A DNA stretch of 64,000 bases from Promethearchaeia archaeon (GCA_029856155.1 JAHQWL010000083.1:38514-102513); one strand, 5' to 3'. Shown: positions 1-10,687, counted from the stretch's first letter. Translations and numbers: made by a program. The notes: generated from the sequence alone by a model not told the origin.

Positions 1-83
1 ATTCCTGTAAATACACAAGAACCATAGCAATCTTTTGTACATGTGCCAAATCGTATCTTTTTGAGATTTTTGTTTTCTTTCAT
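1..83 (-). CDS. N-terminus of probable molybdopterin-dependent oxidoreductase (truncated by window edge)
   Basis: Manual translation MKENKNLKKIRFGTCTKDCYGSCVFTG; the CxxDCxxxC motif is typical of the Mo/W-bisPGD [4Fe-4S] N-terminal domain. Confidence 0.6.
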   Translation of the reverse strand, partial: MKENKNLKKIRFGTCTKDCYGSCVFTG

Positions 84-136
84 AAAAAATCTAAAATAAA
101 TATTTAAAAAATTAATGTCCGAGTCGATTTAATTTA

Positions 137-712
137 TTAATCAATTGAAATTTTGGTGTTTTCATTTAAAACAATCTTATTTTTTAAAAATTCAATTATA
201 GCTTGATTATCTTGTGCTTCAAGTGGAGCCCCACAGTTAGGACACCTAAAATTAAGTTCAAAAGCTTCCTCAAAATTATATTTAATATTTGAATCTTCAC
301 AATTTAAACAAATAAAGAAATAATTATTTTGCTCGAACTGCAACCTGTCTCGCAATTTTGATTCAATCAATTTCTTTTTTTCAATAATAATTTCTTCAAG
401 CAAATCAAATTCATGCCACCAATAATAAATAAACCACCCTGTTGATTTATCTCTTATACGTCTAAATTGAGCTATCTTTTCAGAATAAAGTTTATAAAGC
501 GTTTTTCGAACAGTATTTAATTTTAAGATTTCAGTGTCATCTGGTTCGAAATCAATGTCCGTGCCTTCAATATGCTCTTTTATATTTTCTGTAATATCTT
601 CATCTGTTATATCTTTAGATTCAGAATTCAGAAGCTCCATTCCAACATAAATTGCGATATCTCCACCAACAATGTATAAAAAAGACTGTAAGTAAGGATT
701 TAATTCTATAAT
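137..712 (-). CDS. tfe: Transcription factor E alpha (TFE); true start probably ATT at 712, not ATG at 640
   Basis: wHTH with LNTVRKTLYKL and RDKSTGWFIYYW; zinc ribbon FICLNC...FRCPNCG. The frame stays open upstream to 715, with GAGG 8 nt before the ATT. Confidence 0.9.
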   Translation of the reverse strand: MIELNPYLQSFLYIVGGDIAIYVGMELLNSESKDITDEDITENIKEHIEGTDIDFEPDDTEILKLNTVRKTLYKLYSEKIAQFRRIRDKSTGWFIYYWWHEFDLLEEIIIEKKKLIESKLRDRLQFEQNNYFFICLNCEDSNIKYNFEEAFELNFRCPNCGAPLEAQDNQAIIEFLKNKIVLNENTKISID

Positions 713-814
713 GACTTAGCCTCGTTTTTAATATAATTTTAACTTGATAAATAATTATCTTTGATAAAAATTAAATTTTTTTAAACATTTCTAAAAAGAA
801 ATTAATTTTAATCC

Positions 815-1597
815 TTAGACGACGATAGAATATTGTTTTTCAATAATTTCACCATCTACATCGATAGTTCGAAATAGCGTACCTTTTCTTATAGCCATTA
901 CTCTTAATAATCTTGAATTTTTGATATTTTTAGGAATTAGAATGTCAACTATTTTGTAATTATTAAAAAGTACAATTGTTTTCCAGTTTTTAGGGAGGTC
1001 TGATTTAAAGTCTGATAATATAGCCTCTAACGTATAGTTAAGGTTTTTTTCAGTATTACTAATATATCCTGTACAAAATTGGATCCTTTTATTTACATCA
1101 TCATCTTCAACCTTCTTTTTAGATGGCTGAGGTATGTTTTTTTTGGTTGTTACCTTACAACTCGGGTTTACGTTAAATGACACCAGAAAATAACTATGTT
1201 CCCGAAATCTTTCAATACTCTCTAATAATGTATCTCTATTTGTTTGGTCTATAATCTCCGTTTTATAATTTTTGGTTTGACCTGTTGATTGTTTAAGATC
1301 CCAATCAAACCCTAAACTATTTATCACTTCAGAAATGTCTGCTCCAGATATTAATTTTCCTTTAATTTCGAATTTCTCAGCTGAATTTGAAATTCCACTC
1401 GTCACTATTTCAAGAATCAAATCTTCATATTCATGACTCCCTTTAAGTGTTAATTTAGCTTTTGTTTTAGAAATTTTTATTGCAGGTCCTATAAAATCTC
1501 CTCTAGAATATCTATAGAAATGCCGATGTATACTTTTATATTTTTCCGCAGGATCATTTAAAACTGGTGTTTCAATAATTTTTTTTAGAAAATGCAT
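815..1597 (-). CDS. Hypothetical protein
   Basis: 260-aa ORF with normal composition; no motif recognised. Confidence 0.7.
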   Translation of the reverse strand: MHFLKKIIETPVLNDPAEKYKSIHRHFYRYSRGDFIGPAIKISKTKAKLTLKGSHEYEDLILEIVTSGISNSAEKFEIKGKLISGADISEVINSLGFDWDLKQSTGQTKNYKTEIIDQTNRDTLLESIERFREHSYFLVSFNVNPSCKVTTKKNIPQPSKKKVEDDDVNKRIQFCTGYISNTEKNLNYTLEAILSDFKSDLPKNWKTIVLFNNYKIVDILIPKNIKNSRLLRVMAIRKGTLFRTIDVDGEIIEKQYSIVV

Positions 1598-1735
1598 AAT
1601 TTTTGATAGCTTAATTTTCTTTGAAGATAATTTTGTTCTATTTATTAAATATCAAAAGATTATAATTATAAATTTTATTCATTAATAAAATTAAAAAAAA
1701 ATAAAATATATCTAAACATACAAACCACAAAAAAT

Positions 1736-1951
1736 TTGTTGTTATTGGATATGGCTGGTATTCCTTCTTTATCTTTATGGATTTTTGCGTGGATTTTTCT
1801 TTTTATAGGGCTAGCATCATTGATAATTTTAGTAATTTATACAAAATATGGAAGAGAAGTATCAGTCCGACTCTCAATAATTAGTATAGTTATTGCTTCA
1901 ATATTCCTTGGATTCGCTTTTCATTTTTTACTTCTCTCATGGGGGATATAA
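1736..1951 (+). CDS. Small membrane protein (2 TM)
   Basis: Two hydrophobic segments. Confidence 0.65.
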   Translation: MLLLDMAGIPSLSLWIFAWIFLFIGLASLIILVIYTKYGREVSVRLSIISIVIASIFLGFAFHFLLLSWGI

Positions 1952-2122
1952 TTTAAACAATTTAACATACTTGGAATTAAATTTAGTTTTTTTCTAAAAG
2001 GGAACTAGCATTTCGATTTTAACAGTTTTATAATTTGTATTGTTAATATTTAAAAAAGAAGAAAAGTTTTCTTCTAATAATTAAAATTTCTTCAATCTAA
2101 TTATAAAAAAAGAGAAGATAAT

Positions 2123-2539
2123 ATGTTATTTCAGATGGACCCTACTCTTGAGTTTGTATTATGGCTTATTTTAGCAACAGTAATTGTAGCGCTAATTCTT
2201 TACATTGCGGTTCTACTTATTGTGTCAAAAACTAAAGCCTCAGATAAAAAGTTTTTAATAATTCTTTTGGCATTTATTTGTGTTCTTGTAATTCCATTAG
2301 TTTTAGGCGCAATTGGTTCAATATTTGGAATTTTTAGTCAAATTCCTTGGAGTGATGGCAATTATTTAACATTATTAATTCCAATAATTGGTTTTCTAAT
2401 AGTATTGGTACTAGTTAAATTTCTTTTAGACGTTGCCTGGGATCATTCTTTATGGATATCCTTACTAACATTATTTGTTTTATTCCTTCTGTATACTTTG
2501 ATACCTGGACTTGCAAGCTTCCTTAAATTTACAGTATAA
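2123..2539 (+). CDS. Membrane protein (about 4 TM)
   Basis: Four hydrophobic segments. Confidence 0.75.
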   Translation: MLFQMDPTLEFVLWLILATVIVALILYIAVLLIVSKTKASDKKFLIILLAFICVLVIPLVLGAIGSIFGIFSQIPWSDGNYLTLLIPIIGFLIVLVLVKFLLDVAWDHSLWISLLTLFVLFLLYTLIPGLASFLKFTV

Positions 2540-2677
2540 TTAATTTCAGAAATAAAGTAAACAACAAAACTATTTTTTTCTTTTAATTAATCGTTAAACA
2601 TGAAATTATTTAATAAATTTTCAATTTGATAAGTAAAAAAGTTAGTAAAGTATTAGATTTAAAAAAATAATATTGTC

Positions 2678-5600
2678 TTATATTTTTTCTTTTAACTTAA
2701 GTCTTGGAGCAAGTCCTAAACTCATCATCTCTTGTAATAGCAACTTGAATGCGTAAGAACATACAACCTTCGAAATGATAGTTCCTTCTCCACACACTGG
2801 ACAATAACGCTTGTCTCTATTTCGATCATATACAGCTAAAAGTCCGCATTTTTCACATACTAAAATTACGGTTCGATCTGATTCATCTAAAAGGCGTTCT
2901 TTTAATAATAAGGCAGAGCCATGACCTACTAAACAATCTCTCTCCATTTCCCCAAATCTTAATCCCCCTTCACGAGCACGACCTTCCGTGGGCTGTCTCG
3001 TTAAAATTTGAACTGGTCCTCTTGCTCGAGCATGCAGTTTATCTGCCACTAAGTGATATAGTTTTTGGTAATAAATTGGAGCGCAATAAATTCCTGCTTC
3101 ATATTTTTCACCTGTGATTCCATTATACATTACTTCTCTTCCATTAAACTCAAATCCCGCTTCTACTAATTGTTCTTGCAGTTTTGTAATATCTGTCCAC
3201 TCAAATGCGGTTGCATCTCCTAATTTTCCTGTTGTACAAGCAATCTTTCCACTAATACCCTCAAAAAGTTGTCCTAAAGTCATTCGAGATGGCATTGCAT
3301 GAGGATTTACAATTATATCTGGAATGACTCCAGAGGTAGTATACGGCATATCTGCTTGATCTACTACTAATCCTAAAACCCCTTTTTGACCATGGCGAGA
3401 GGAGAACTTATCTCCTAATTCTGGGATTCTTAAATCTCTAACTTTTATTTTAACTAATTTATTTCCATCAACTGTTTCTGAAATAATTACTGTATCTACA
3501 ATTCCTTGTTCATTATGTCGCATATTTTTTGATGTTTCACGTCTATTTGGTTGCATAAGTTCAAATTCTTCATAAGATTTTATAAATCTAGGTGGGGATG
3601 TCCTCCCAATTAACACATCTCCTCCATTTACTTGTGTCTCTGGTTCTATTATTCCATCCACTTCAGATAATAACCTATATGATTCAGCCGATTTGAATCC
3701 TCTCACTCCTCTTTCTGGGATTTCAAATTTATCAACCTCACCACCGGGGTATTTTCTTTCTTCAGCATCATAGGTTCTAAAAAAATGGCTTCGTGCAAGA
3801 CCCCTCTCGATTGACGCTTTATTGATGATGATCGCATCTTCTATATTGAATCCTTCGAAACTCATCATTGCAATGATAAAATTTTGTCCGGCGGGTCTCT
3901 TATTTATCCCAATGATTTCCATTGGACTGGTTTTTACTAACGGTTGTTGAGGATAATGTAATGTGTGTCCTCTAGTGTCTAATCTCAAGTGCATATTAGC
4001 TGCAAATAAACCTAATGCTTGCTTTACCATCCCTGCCTCATATGTATTTCTAGGGGATTGATTGTGTTCTGGAAAAGGAATAATTGAAGCACAAATCCCA
4101 AGAATTGCGGCAGGGGATATCTCTAAATGAGTATGTTCTCCAGTAATATCCTCCTCGAACATGGCAATATATGCATTTTCTTCTTCTTCGGCATCTAAAT
4201 ATTCAATAACACCCTTTTGGATCAAATCTGACCAAATAAATTTATTTTGCTTTATCTTTTCAATATCATCTTTTGAAACGAGTAGGTTTTGATTTCTCAA
4301 AACAAATAAAGGTCTGGTTGCTCTTCCCGCATCACAATTAATTTGAATTTCTCTGGATTCATGATAATATCCTATATTTACATGTTGCCCTATCTCGCCT
4401 TTCCTTCGTTTTTCTCTCAATTGACGTATGAATGGATTATGCTGTTGATGTATACCAACTAATTTCCCATTTAAAAAGACTTTTACTTTCTCTCCTTTAA
4501 TATTTTTTACCTCATTTATAGGGATCACACCTAAATCGATTAAAATATTTTCAATAATCCTTTCATTAGTTCCTACTGATATTATTGAAGCTAATCCAAG
4601 ATTTTTAACTAAACCACAATTTGGTCCCTCAGGAGTTTCCGCGGGACATATTTTCCCCCATTGAGTTGGATGCAAATCTCTAGCTTCAAAATGTGGTTGA
4701 CTCCGGCTTAGAGGCGATATAACTCTTCTCAAGTGGCTTAATGTACCAACATGATTTGTTCTGTTTAAAAGTTGACTGACGCCTGCTTTACCACCGACCC
4801 AATTACCTGTAGCTAATGCGTGTCTAATCCTTTCTGTAATCACATCAGCCCTTACCGCCGTTTTTATATTTGGAGCTCTACCTCGAACTGCAGTCCTTTC
4901 TAATTGATATTTAATATCTTTAACAAGATTTAAAAAGGCTACCCTAAATAATGATGTGAATAGTTCACCCGCTAATTTTAACCTTTTATTAGCATAATGA
5001 TCTTTATCATCTGGTTCTCTTAAACTTAAAGCGAGTTCCATTACTTTTTGCGCCATCTGGCCCAAATAATACGCTTTTTTAATTCGATCTCCTTCATCAT
5101 TTCCGATATGGGGCAAAAGATATCTGTCTAAAACCTGTAAAGCTCTTCTAATACGATAATCTTTCGTTTGTCCAATTGCAACTCTTTTTCCTATATAATC
5201 AAGTGCATTATGCTGAGATTTTTCTGGATCTTTTAATACTTGTATCTCAGAAGCAACATCTATTACAGGAATTAATTCTTTCTGGATTTCATCATTTTCT
5301 GAAATAGCTTCAAATATCTCTCTGTCTGAATGTAATCCTAATGAACGCATTAGTATTGCTAAAGGTACTTTTCCTGGAACTGATGGAAATGATACTCTAA
5401 GATTTCCATCTTTTTTTCGCTCAATTGTTACAGGTGCTCTAAAACCACTTCTTGTTGAAAAAACTTTCGCTTGATGAGTTGCACTAGAACTTCTACTAGC
5501 TTCTTCAGCAAGTATCCTATTCGGAGCAAGATCCTCCTGCGTAACGAGAACTCGCTCGGTCCCATTTATTATGAAGTAGCCGCCAGGATCTAACGGATCT

Positions 5601-6049
5601 TCACCCCGATTGATCAATTCTTGTTCAGATAAGCTTTCTAAAGGGCACCGACAGCTTTTAAGCATTATTGGAATCTTTCCAATATATATACCTAAAGTTT
5701 CTTCAGCTTCTTCTCTCTGGGTTCGTTCATCAATAGTTATAGGGGTCATCTCTAAAGTAATATCTGCAGCATAGCTTAATTCTCTAATTCTTGCTTCTAT
5801 TGGAGTAATTTCCATAGTAGCTCCATCTGCTTCTCTTACTTTTGGCACTCCAACGTTAATTTTACCAAATTTAATTTTAAATCCCGGTATATCAGGAATG
5901 ACTTCCCCCGATTCATCAACAATCGTCTGCATTTCATATTCAATAAAACTATTGTACGAATCTAAATGCTGACGGACTAAACCCTTTTCATCGAATAAGC
6001 TTTTTAAGATAATCCATTTATCTTCATTTGATAATTTTTCAGAACTCAA
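2678..6049 (-). CDS. rpo2: RNA polymerase subunit B (Rpo2, unsplit)
   Basis: Motifs DPGGYFIINGTERV, GDKFSSRHGQKG, EGGLRFGEMERD; C-terminal zinc finger. Confidence 0.99.
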   Translation of the reverse strand: MSSEKLSNEDKWIILKSLFDEKGLVRQHLDSYNSFIEYEMQTIVDESGEVIPDIPGFKIKFGKINVGVPKVREADGATMEITPIEARIRELSYAADITLEMTPITIDERTQREEAEETLGIYIGKIPIMLKSCRCPLESLSEQELINRGEDPLDPGGYFIINGTERVLVTQEDLAPNRILAEEASRSSSATHQAKVFSTRSGFRAPVTIERKKDGNLRVSFPSVPGKVPLAILMRSLGLHSDREIFEAISENDEIQKELIPVIDVASEIQVLKDPEKSQHNALDYIGKRVAIGQTKDYRIRRALQVLDRYLLPHIGNDEGDRIKKAYYLGQMAQKVMELALSLREPDDKDHYANKRLKLAGELFTSLFRVAFLNLVKDIKYQLERTAVRGRAPNIKTAVRADVITERIRHALATGNWVGGKAGVSQLLNRTNHVGTLSHLRRVISPLSRSQPHFEARDLHPTQWGKICPAETPEGPNCGLVKNLGLASIISVGTNERIIENILIDLGVIPINEVKNIKGEKVKVFLNGKLVGIHQQHNPFIRQLREKRRKGEIGQHVNIGYYHESREIQINCDAGRATRPLFVLRNQNLLVSKDDIEKIKQNKFIWSDLIQKGVIEYLDAEEEENAYIAMFEEDITGEHTHLEISPAAILGICASIIPFPEHNQSPRNTYEAGMVKQALGLFAANMHLRLDTRGHTLHYPQQPLVKTSPMEIIGINKRPAGQNFIIAMMSFEGFNIEDAIIINKASIERGLARSHFFRTYDAEERKYPGGEVDKFEIPERGVRGFKSAESYRLLSEVDGIIEPETQVNGGDVLIGRTSPPRFIKSYEEFELMQPNRRETSKNMRHNEQGIVDTVIISETVDGNKLVKIKVRDLRIPELGDKFSSRHGQKGVLGLVVDQADMPYTTSGVIPDIIVNPHAMPSRMTLGQLFEGISGKIACTTGKLGDATAFEWTDITKLQEQLVEAGFEFNGREVMYNGITGEKYEAGIYCAPIYYQKLYHLVADKLHARARGPVQILTRQPTEGRAREGGLRFGEMERDCLVGHGSALLLKERLLDESDRTVILVCEKCGLLAVYDRNRDKRYCPVCGEGTIISKVVCSYAFKLLLQEMMSLGLAPRLKLKEKI

Positions 6050-6094
6050 AATTCATTAAACCATATATAAGTTATTTTTCATAAAAAAACAATA

Positions 6095-6352
6095 TTAAGC
6101 TTTTTCCTTTTTCACATAACGATAATAATCTATAGATTTTACTGAAGTATTAGAGTCACGAATTATTTTTACAATATCTCCTTCTTTTGCTCCGATAGCG
6201 ATTGCAACTGGATCTTTTTCAAACATTTGTGGTAAATCAGTTATGCCAATCCGATATTTTTCTAAAAGTTGTTGCGATTCTTCTTTAGTTAAGAGCAAAT
6301 GTTTAGGGACAAATTTATGGAGCAAAACATCTATCTGTTTCTTTTTAGTCAA
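6095..6352 (-). CDS. rpo5: RNA polymerase subunit H (Rpo5)
   Basis: HKFVPKH...LPQM...DPVAIAIGAKEGDIVKIIR...YYRYV; directly upstream of rpo2. Confidence 0.97.
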   Translation of the reverse strand: MTKKKQIDVLLHKFVPKHLLLTKEESQQLLEKYRIGITDLPQMFEKDPVAIAIGAKEGDIVKIIRDSNTSVKSIDYYRYVKKEKA

Positions 6353-6466
6353 GGAAAAATCCTCCCTTTTTACGAATTATAAATAATGTAGTGTTGCTGT
6401 TCTAAAAAATTTTTCCATTTTTTTTTCATTTTTCTCATAATAAACGAGATTTCTATTATTTTACAA

Positions 6467-7096
6467 TTAATCAAAACAATTAAAAACCCAATATCCACTC
6501 CTTTTGCATAAAATCTCAATATTTTCATTTGGAAAAGTATCTGTAAAATATTTTAAAATGTAAGCTGCCCCCATTTTTTTCTTAATTACAAATTGAAAAT
6601 ACCCCTTTGATTTTAAATTGTTGCGAATTTCAGATAACAATACTAAAAATTCTTTCCTTCCTCGACGCAGAGGAGGATTCATATAAATTCCATCAAATCT
6701 TAAATTTTTGGTTTTAATAGGGTCAAAATAATTTCCAGATAACGCAATTATATTTTTCCTTTCCCTCAGTAGATTTATTTTAATATTCTCTTTTGCACAC
6801 CATATAGCCCGTCTATTAATATCTAATAGATAAACAGAACTTTGAGGAGACTCATAAGCTAAAACAATTCCTATTGGTCCATAACCACATCCTAAATCAA
6901 GTAAAATATTAGATTCTTTTGGGATAGACATATGTTCAATAAGAACTTTAGTACCTAAGTCGACCTTTTTAAATGAAAAAACACCTGTAATGGTTTTAAA
7001 AATATAAAGGTGTTTTCTTAAACTTTCTGAAATAGTGTGAATTTTTACATTAACTTCGGGAATTTTGCTATAATAATGGGATTTATTATTATCCAT
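6467..7096 (-). CDS. RsmC/MTS-family SAM-dependent methyltransferase
   Basis: GVFSFKKVDLGT, LDLGCGYGPIG and NPP motifs. Confidence 0.88.
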   Translation of the reverse strand: MDNNKSHYYSKIPEVNVKIHTISESLRKHLYIFKTITGVFSFKKVDLGTKVLIEHMSIPKESNILLDLGCGYGPIGIVLAYESPQSSVYLLDINRRAIWCAKENIKINLLRERKNIIALSGNYFDPIKTKNLRFDGIYMNPPLRRGRKEFLVLLSEIRNNLKSKGYFQFVIKKKMGAAYILKYFTDTFPNENIEILCKRSGYWVFNCFD

Positions 7097-7122
7097 AATA
7101 TAAAAATCAGTATTGTCTAAAT

Positions 7123-8130
7123 CTATTCTTTTTTCTCATTCCAACGAGGATAGGTTCTTCTCTCCATGAAAACTTTATTAGTTTTTACGAGTATTCCTGA
7201 TTTAGCTTTATATATTTGAAGTGCATCTTTTAAAGCTGTACCAAACCCTATTAACTCTTTTTTTAAACTCATAAATGCAACTAACATATTATTCTTTATC
7301 CTAGCATCAATATAACATATACCTGCAGAGGCTAGATCTGCTCCATGACATAAAGCATCCACTGCGGTATCTCTAACATAAATCTTAGGTAGATGAGATA
7401 CCATTTTCTCCATTGGGAATACAAATTTCTTCAAATAATAATTGTTTCCCTCTATTTGATAAATTGTAACCGCATCTTTTAAATTTTGTAGCGTTATTAG
7501 ATTATCACTTTCTTTAAAATTACCCACCCTTGTTCTTCTTAACTCAAGCATATGAGCACCAGAACATAAAGCTTCTCCTAAATCAAAACAAAATTTCCTC
7601 ACATAAGTTCCCGCTTCACATCCAAGACGAAATAAGATATGATTATTGCTAACTTCAATAACTTCGCTATAATAAATCTCTCTTACCCGTAATTTTCTCG
7701 CAACAGATGATTTTAATGGAGGTCTTTGATAGATTTTTCCTGTAAATAATTCAAATATTTTCTCTATCTTTTTTCTTTTTTCTGGGGTGTGTAAATACAT
7801 CACTCCTATATATTCCTTCCCGGCGTTTAATAATGCTGATAATACTCTTGTTGCTTTTCCAAGAGCACATGGTAATATACCGGTAACTTTTGGATCAAGA
7901 GTTCCTCCATGACCCGCATTTGAAATACCCAAAATTTTACGAACCCATGATACTACTTCATGGCTAGTTGGACCACTTGGTTTATCAAGATTTATTACTC
8001 CATATTGTAAAAGTAATTCAATACTTCTTTTTTCAGGCTCAATGCCATAATTTGGGTCAGAATTATCTTGAGATTTTACTAAAAGTTGCTCAGGTTCATC
8101 AGAGGGTAATTTAAATTCTAAATTTTCCAT
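7123..8130 (-). CDS. cbf5: H/ACA RNA-guided pseudouridine synthase Cbf5
   Basis: INLDKPSGPTSHEV, GHGGTLDPKVTG, GTYVRK; C-terminal PUA domain. Confidence 0.97.
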   Translation of the reverse strand: MENLEFKLPSDEPEQLLVKSQDNSDPNYGIEPEKRSIELLLQYGVINLDKPSGPTSHEVVSWVRKILGISNAGHGGTLDPKVTGILPCALGKATRVLSALLNAGKEYIGVMYLHTPEKRKKIEKIFELFTGKIYQRPPLKSSVARKLRVREIYYSEVIEVSNNHILFRLGCEAGTYVRKFCFDLGEALCSGAHMLELRRTRVGNFKESDNLITLQNLKDAVTIYQIEGNNYYLKKFVFPMEKMVSHLPKIYVRDTAVDALCHGADLASAGICYIDARIKNNMLVAFMSLKKELIGFGTALKDALQIYKAKSGILVKTNKVFMERRTYPRWNEKKE

Positions 8131-8246
8131 GCTAAATAATAGTGAAAGAAATAATTAATTAATTATAAACTTAAAGATCTCATAAATTTTTCTTAATAAA
8201 ATTTCTTTAGATGATAATCAACTATTAAGATGTTAGTGGAAAATAA

Positions 8247-8350
8247 CGGGCTATAGGGGAATTGAACCCCCGACCTTTCTTTTTAAGGGAGATATACCCT
8301 TAAATGTCAGGTTAAAAGCCTGCTGCGCTACCTGCCTGCGCCAATAGCCC
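8247..8350 (-). tRNA. tRNA-Lys(UUU) with a ~30-nt intron at about position 44/45 (about 8276-8305)
   Basis: Acceptor GGGCTAT/ATAGCCC; anticodon arm GCAGG CTTTTAA CCTG; T arm GGGGG TTCAATT CCCCT; insert carries hairpin TTTAAGGG/CCCTTAAA. Confidence 0.92.
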
Positions 8351-8475
8351 TTAAAGAATTTTTTTTATGCGTAGACGTAAATTGCATAAGAATAAATCCT
8401 TTATAATATAAAAATTTTATTTAAATGAGTTTCTTTCCTTCAAGTTTTAAATAATATATTAAAAGCTATAAAATC

Positions 8476-9501
8476 TCAAGCCCTTTTGTTGAAATGCTCA
8501 AAACCATGACTCTTTATTTCTTTTTTTTCACCCTCTTTAACAATATATATATGTTCCCCAGATAACACTTTTCCAATTTTAAAAATTTGTCCATATTTAG
8601 ATTGAATTTCCTGTTGAGCTGTGTTAAAATCTGAAGGATCAATAGTAAATAAGTGAATAAATTCTTCACCTCCACTTAATACTAAATCTTCTAAGGAAAC
8701 ATTGAATTCATTGGAATATTTAATCGCTTCTGCATCAATTAAATCATCATTAAAGTAGATTTCAAAACCTAAATTAGGATTTGATAACATTAATTCTTGT
8801 AAAGATTTAGACAATCCGTCAGAGGAATCTATACTTGAAGTTGCTAAATTTCTTTCTGATAATATAAACGCTTCATTTCCGGTGATTTTAGGCTCTAATA
8901 CACTCATAATTGATCTTTCATAATTTGGGAACTCATGAGGACCGCCTCTTTTGTTTAAAAGGATGTCAAAACCTACTCCGGTTAAACCAAATTTATTATT
9001 AGCAACTAGAATATCACCTAGCTTTAACCCTCTCCTATAAATCATTGCTGAAGGACTTTTAAAACCAAATATAGTTGGATTTATGATTAATTCTTTTGTT
9101 TCATTAACGTCTCCCCCAATATAATCCAGATTAAATTTTACACTATAATCAATAATCCCTTTTAATAATTCAATAAACTCATATTTTTTCATTTCCCTTG
9201 GAAGACCAAAAGAGATAATTAAACCACTTGGCTTAACACCTTTAACCAGTAAATCACTCACATTCATTATTACCGATTTCCTACCGATCTGATAGGAATT
9301 CATTTGAGGTGGGGCATCTGTTGTGGAGACTAACATATCAGAATTTAAAACGATATTTCTATTTGAATATTGGTTTTTAAATTCAAAAAAAAAAGAATCA
9401 TCTCTTAATAGCTCTTTTCCAGTTTTTTTCAAAACTAGTTCTTCTATAAGCTTTATTATTTTTGTTTCTCCTAAATTTCCTACCTGAAGATTATTATTCA
9501 T
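8476..9501 (-). CDS. thiL: Thiamine-monophosphate kinase
   Basis: GE..II, NVSDL, IGGDVNE, IDSSDGL, GGEEF motifs. Confidence 0.93.
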   Translation of the reverse strand: MNNNLQVGNLGETKIIKLIEELVLKKTGKELLRDDSFFFEFKNQYSNRNIVLNSDMLVSTTDAPPQMNSYQIGRKSVIMNVSDLLVKGVKPSGLIISFGLPREMKKYEFIELLKGIIDYSVKFNLDYIGGDVNETKELIINPTIFGFKSPSAMIYRRGLKLGDILVANNKFGLTGVGFDILLNKRGGPHEFPNYERSIMSVLEPKITGNEAFILSERNLATSSIDSSDGLSKSLQELMLSNPNLGFEIYFNDDLIDAEAIKYSNEFNVSLEDLVLSGGEEFIHLFTIDPSDFNTAQQEIQSKYGQIFKIGKVLSGEHIYIVKEGEKKEIKSHGFEHFNKRA

Positions 9502-9567
9502 TAAATAAAATTTAAAATTTTATTATAATTATAATTTTTGAAGAAACTCGTATTTTTAAAATTTCTT

Positions 9568-9669
9568 GCCTCTGTGGCTTAGCGGGTATAGCAACATTAA
9601 ATGTCAGTTTGAAGAAAATGCTAAAGATTCGTAATCTGTAGGTCGGGGGTTCAATTCCCCCCAGAGGCT
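9568..9669 (+). tRNA. tRNA-Thr(CGU) with a 29-nt intron at 28/29 (9596-9624)
   Basis: Acceptor GCCTCTG/CAGAGGC; spliced anticodon arm ACAGA TTCGTAA TCTGT; BHB central helix AGCA/TGCT. Confidence 0.92.
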
Positions 9670-9673
9670 TTCA

Positions 9674-10687
9674 TCATACTTCTTCAGTAAAAACAAAACG
9701 TTTAATCATTTGTAAAGCGAGCATTTTAAATGCATCATTTATATTCTCCCCTGTTTTGGCCGAAGTTTCAATATATGAAAGGTTCAATTTTTCTGCGAGT
9801 TCTTCTCCTTGCTCAAGCAATACAACACGTTGATCTTCTAGATCTATTTTATTTCCCACCACGATTAGTGAAATTGTTGAAGAAACCTCCTTAATTTCAT
9901 TGAACCATTTCTCTAATTTATCGAAGGTTTCTTTACGAGTTACATCAAAAACTAAAATACCTGCTTCGGCATTTCCTAGATATGTTTGCCTTACACGTTT
10001 AAATTGCGCTTGACCTGCTAAATCCCAGATAACAAAACGTACTTTTGATTCCAAACCTTGAAAATCGCACTCTTTTTTCATTATGGATGTTCCAATTGTG
10101 GATTTATAATCAGTCTGAAACGCATCCTCAACAAATCGATGGACCATACTGGTTTTTCCGACACCACCTTCGCCACCAAGGATTAATTTGAACGCATATT
10201 CTCCTGATTGTATCTTGATTTGCTGTAATTTATCAATTTTTCTTTCAATCTTTGTTGTTTCTTTTTCTGTGAATAATTTAGGAATTACAGGACTTACAGT
10301 TCTTCCATCAAATATTCTGGCAATTTTTTCTGCTGCTAAATATGCATATGGAAAAATAGGATCTACCATGGCAATAGAATTCAAAACGGTTACAAAAATT
10401 GCTTCGGGACCAGCTTCGCAAAAAATAAATCTTTGTTCTTCTGTATCGAAAGTCCCAGTTCCAAAAGATCCAGAACTAAATTCCTCTGTAATTCTGGTTA
10501 AAACGGGTTCTACTAATGCACTCACCCCACCAATTACATCTTCTTCTACATCTTGATCTAATGATCCTTTTAATGCAGACATTACTAACCCTTCTCGATT
10601 TACAATGAGAGCAGCGATTAAGTTTTCTCCAACTTCTTGCTTATACCATTTTAGAAGTGCTTCAAGCTTATCTCGATCGACTGACAT
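9674..10687 (-). CDS. Roadblock/LC7 domain fused to a Rab-like small GTPase
   Basis: N-terminal AALIVNREGLVM roadblock motif; G1 GEGGVGKT, G3 WDLAGQ, G4 NKID, G5 ETSAK. Confidence 0.9.
   Translation of the reverse strand: MSVDRDKLEALLKWYKQEVGENLIAALIVNREGLVMSALKGSLDQDVEEDVIGGVSALVEPVLTRITEEFSSGSFGTGTFDTEEQRFIFCEAGPEAIFVTVLNSIAMVDPIFPYAYLAAEKIARIFDGRTVSPVIPKLFTEKETTKIERKIDKLQQIKIQSGEYAFKLILGGEGGVGKTSMVHRFVEDAFQTDYKSTIGTSIMKKECDFQGLESKVRFVIWDLAGQAQFKRVRQTYLGNAEAGILVFDVTRKETFDKLEKWFNEIKEVSSTISLIVVGNKIDLEDQRVVLLEQGEELAEKLNLSYIETSAKTGENINDAFKMLALQMIKRFVFTEEV

Noticed and set aside
7880-7920. Crenarchaeal-type intron in cbf5
   Set aside because: GHGGTLDPKVTG is continuous; there is no insert
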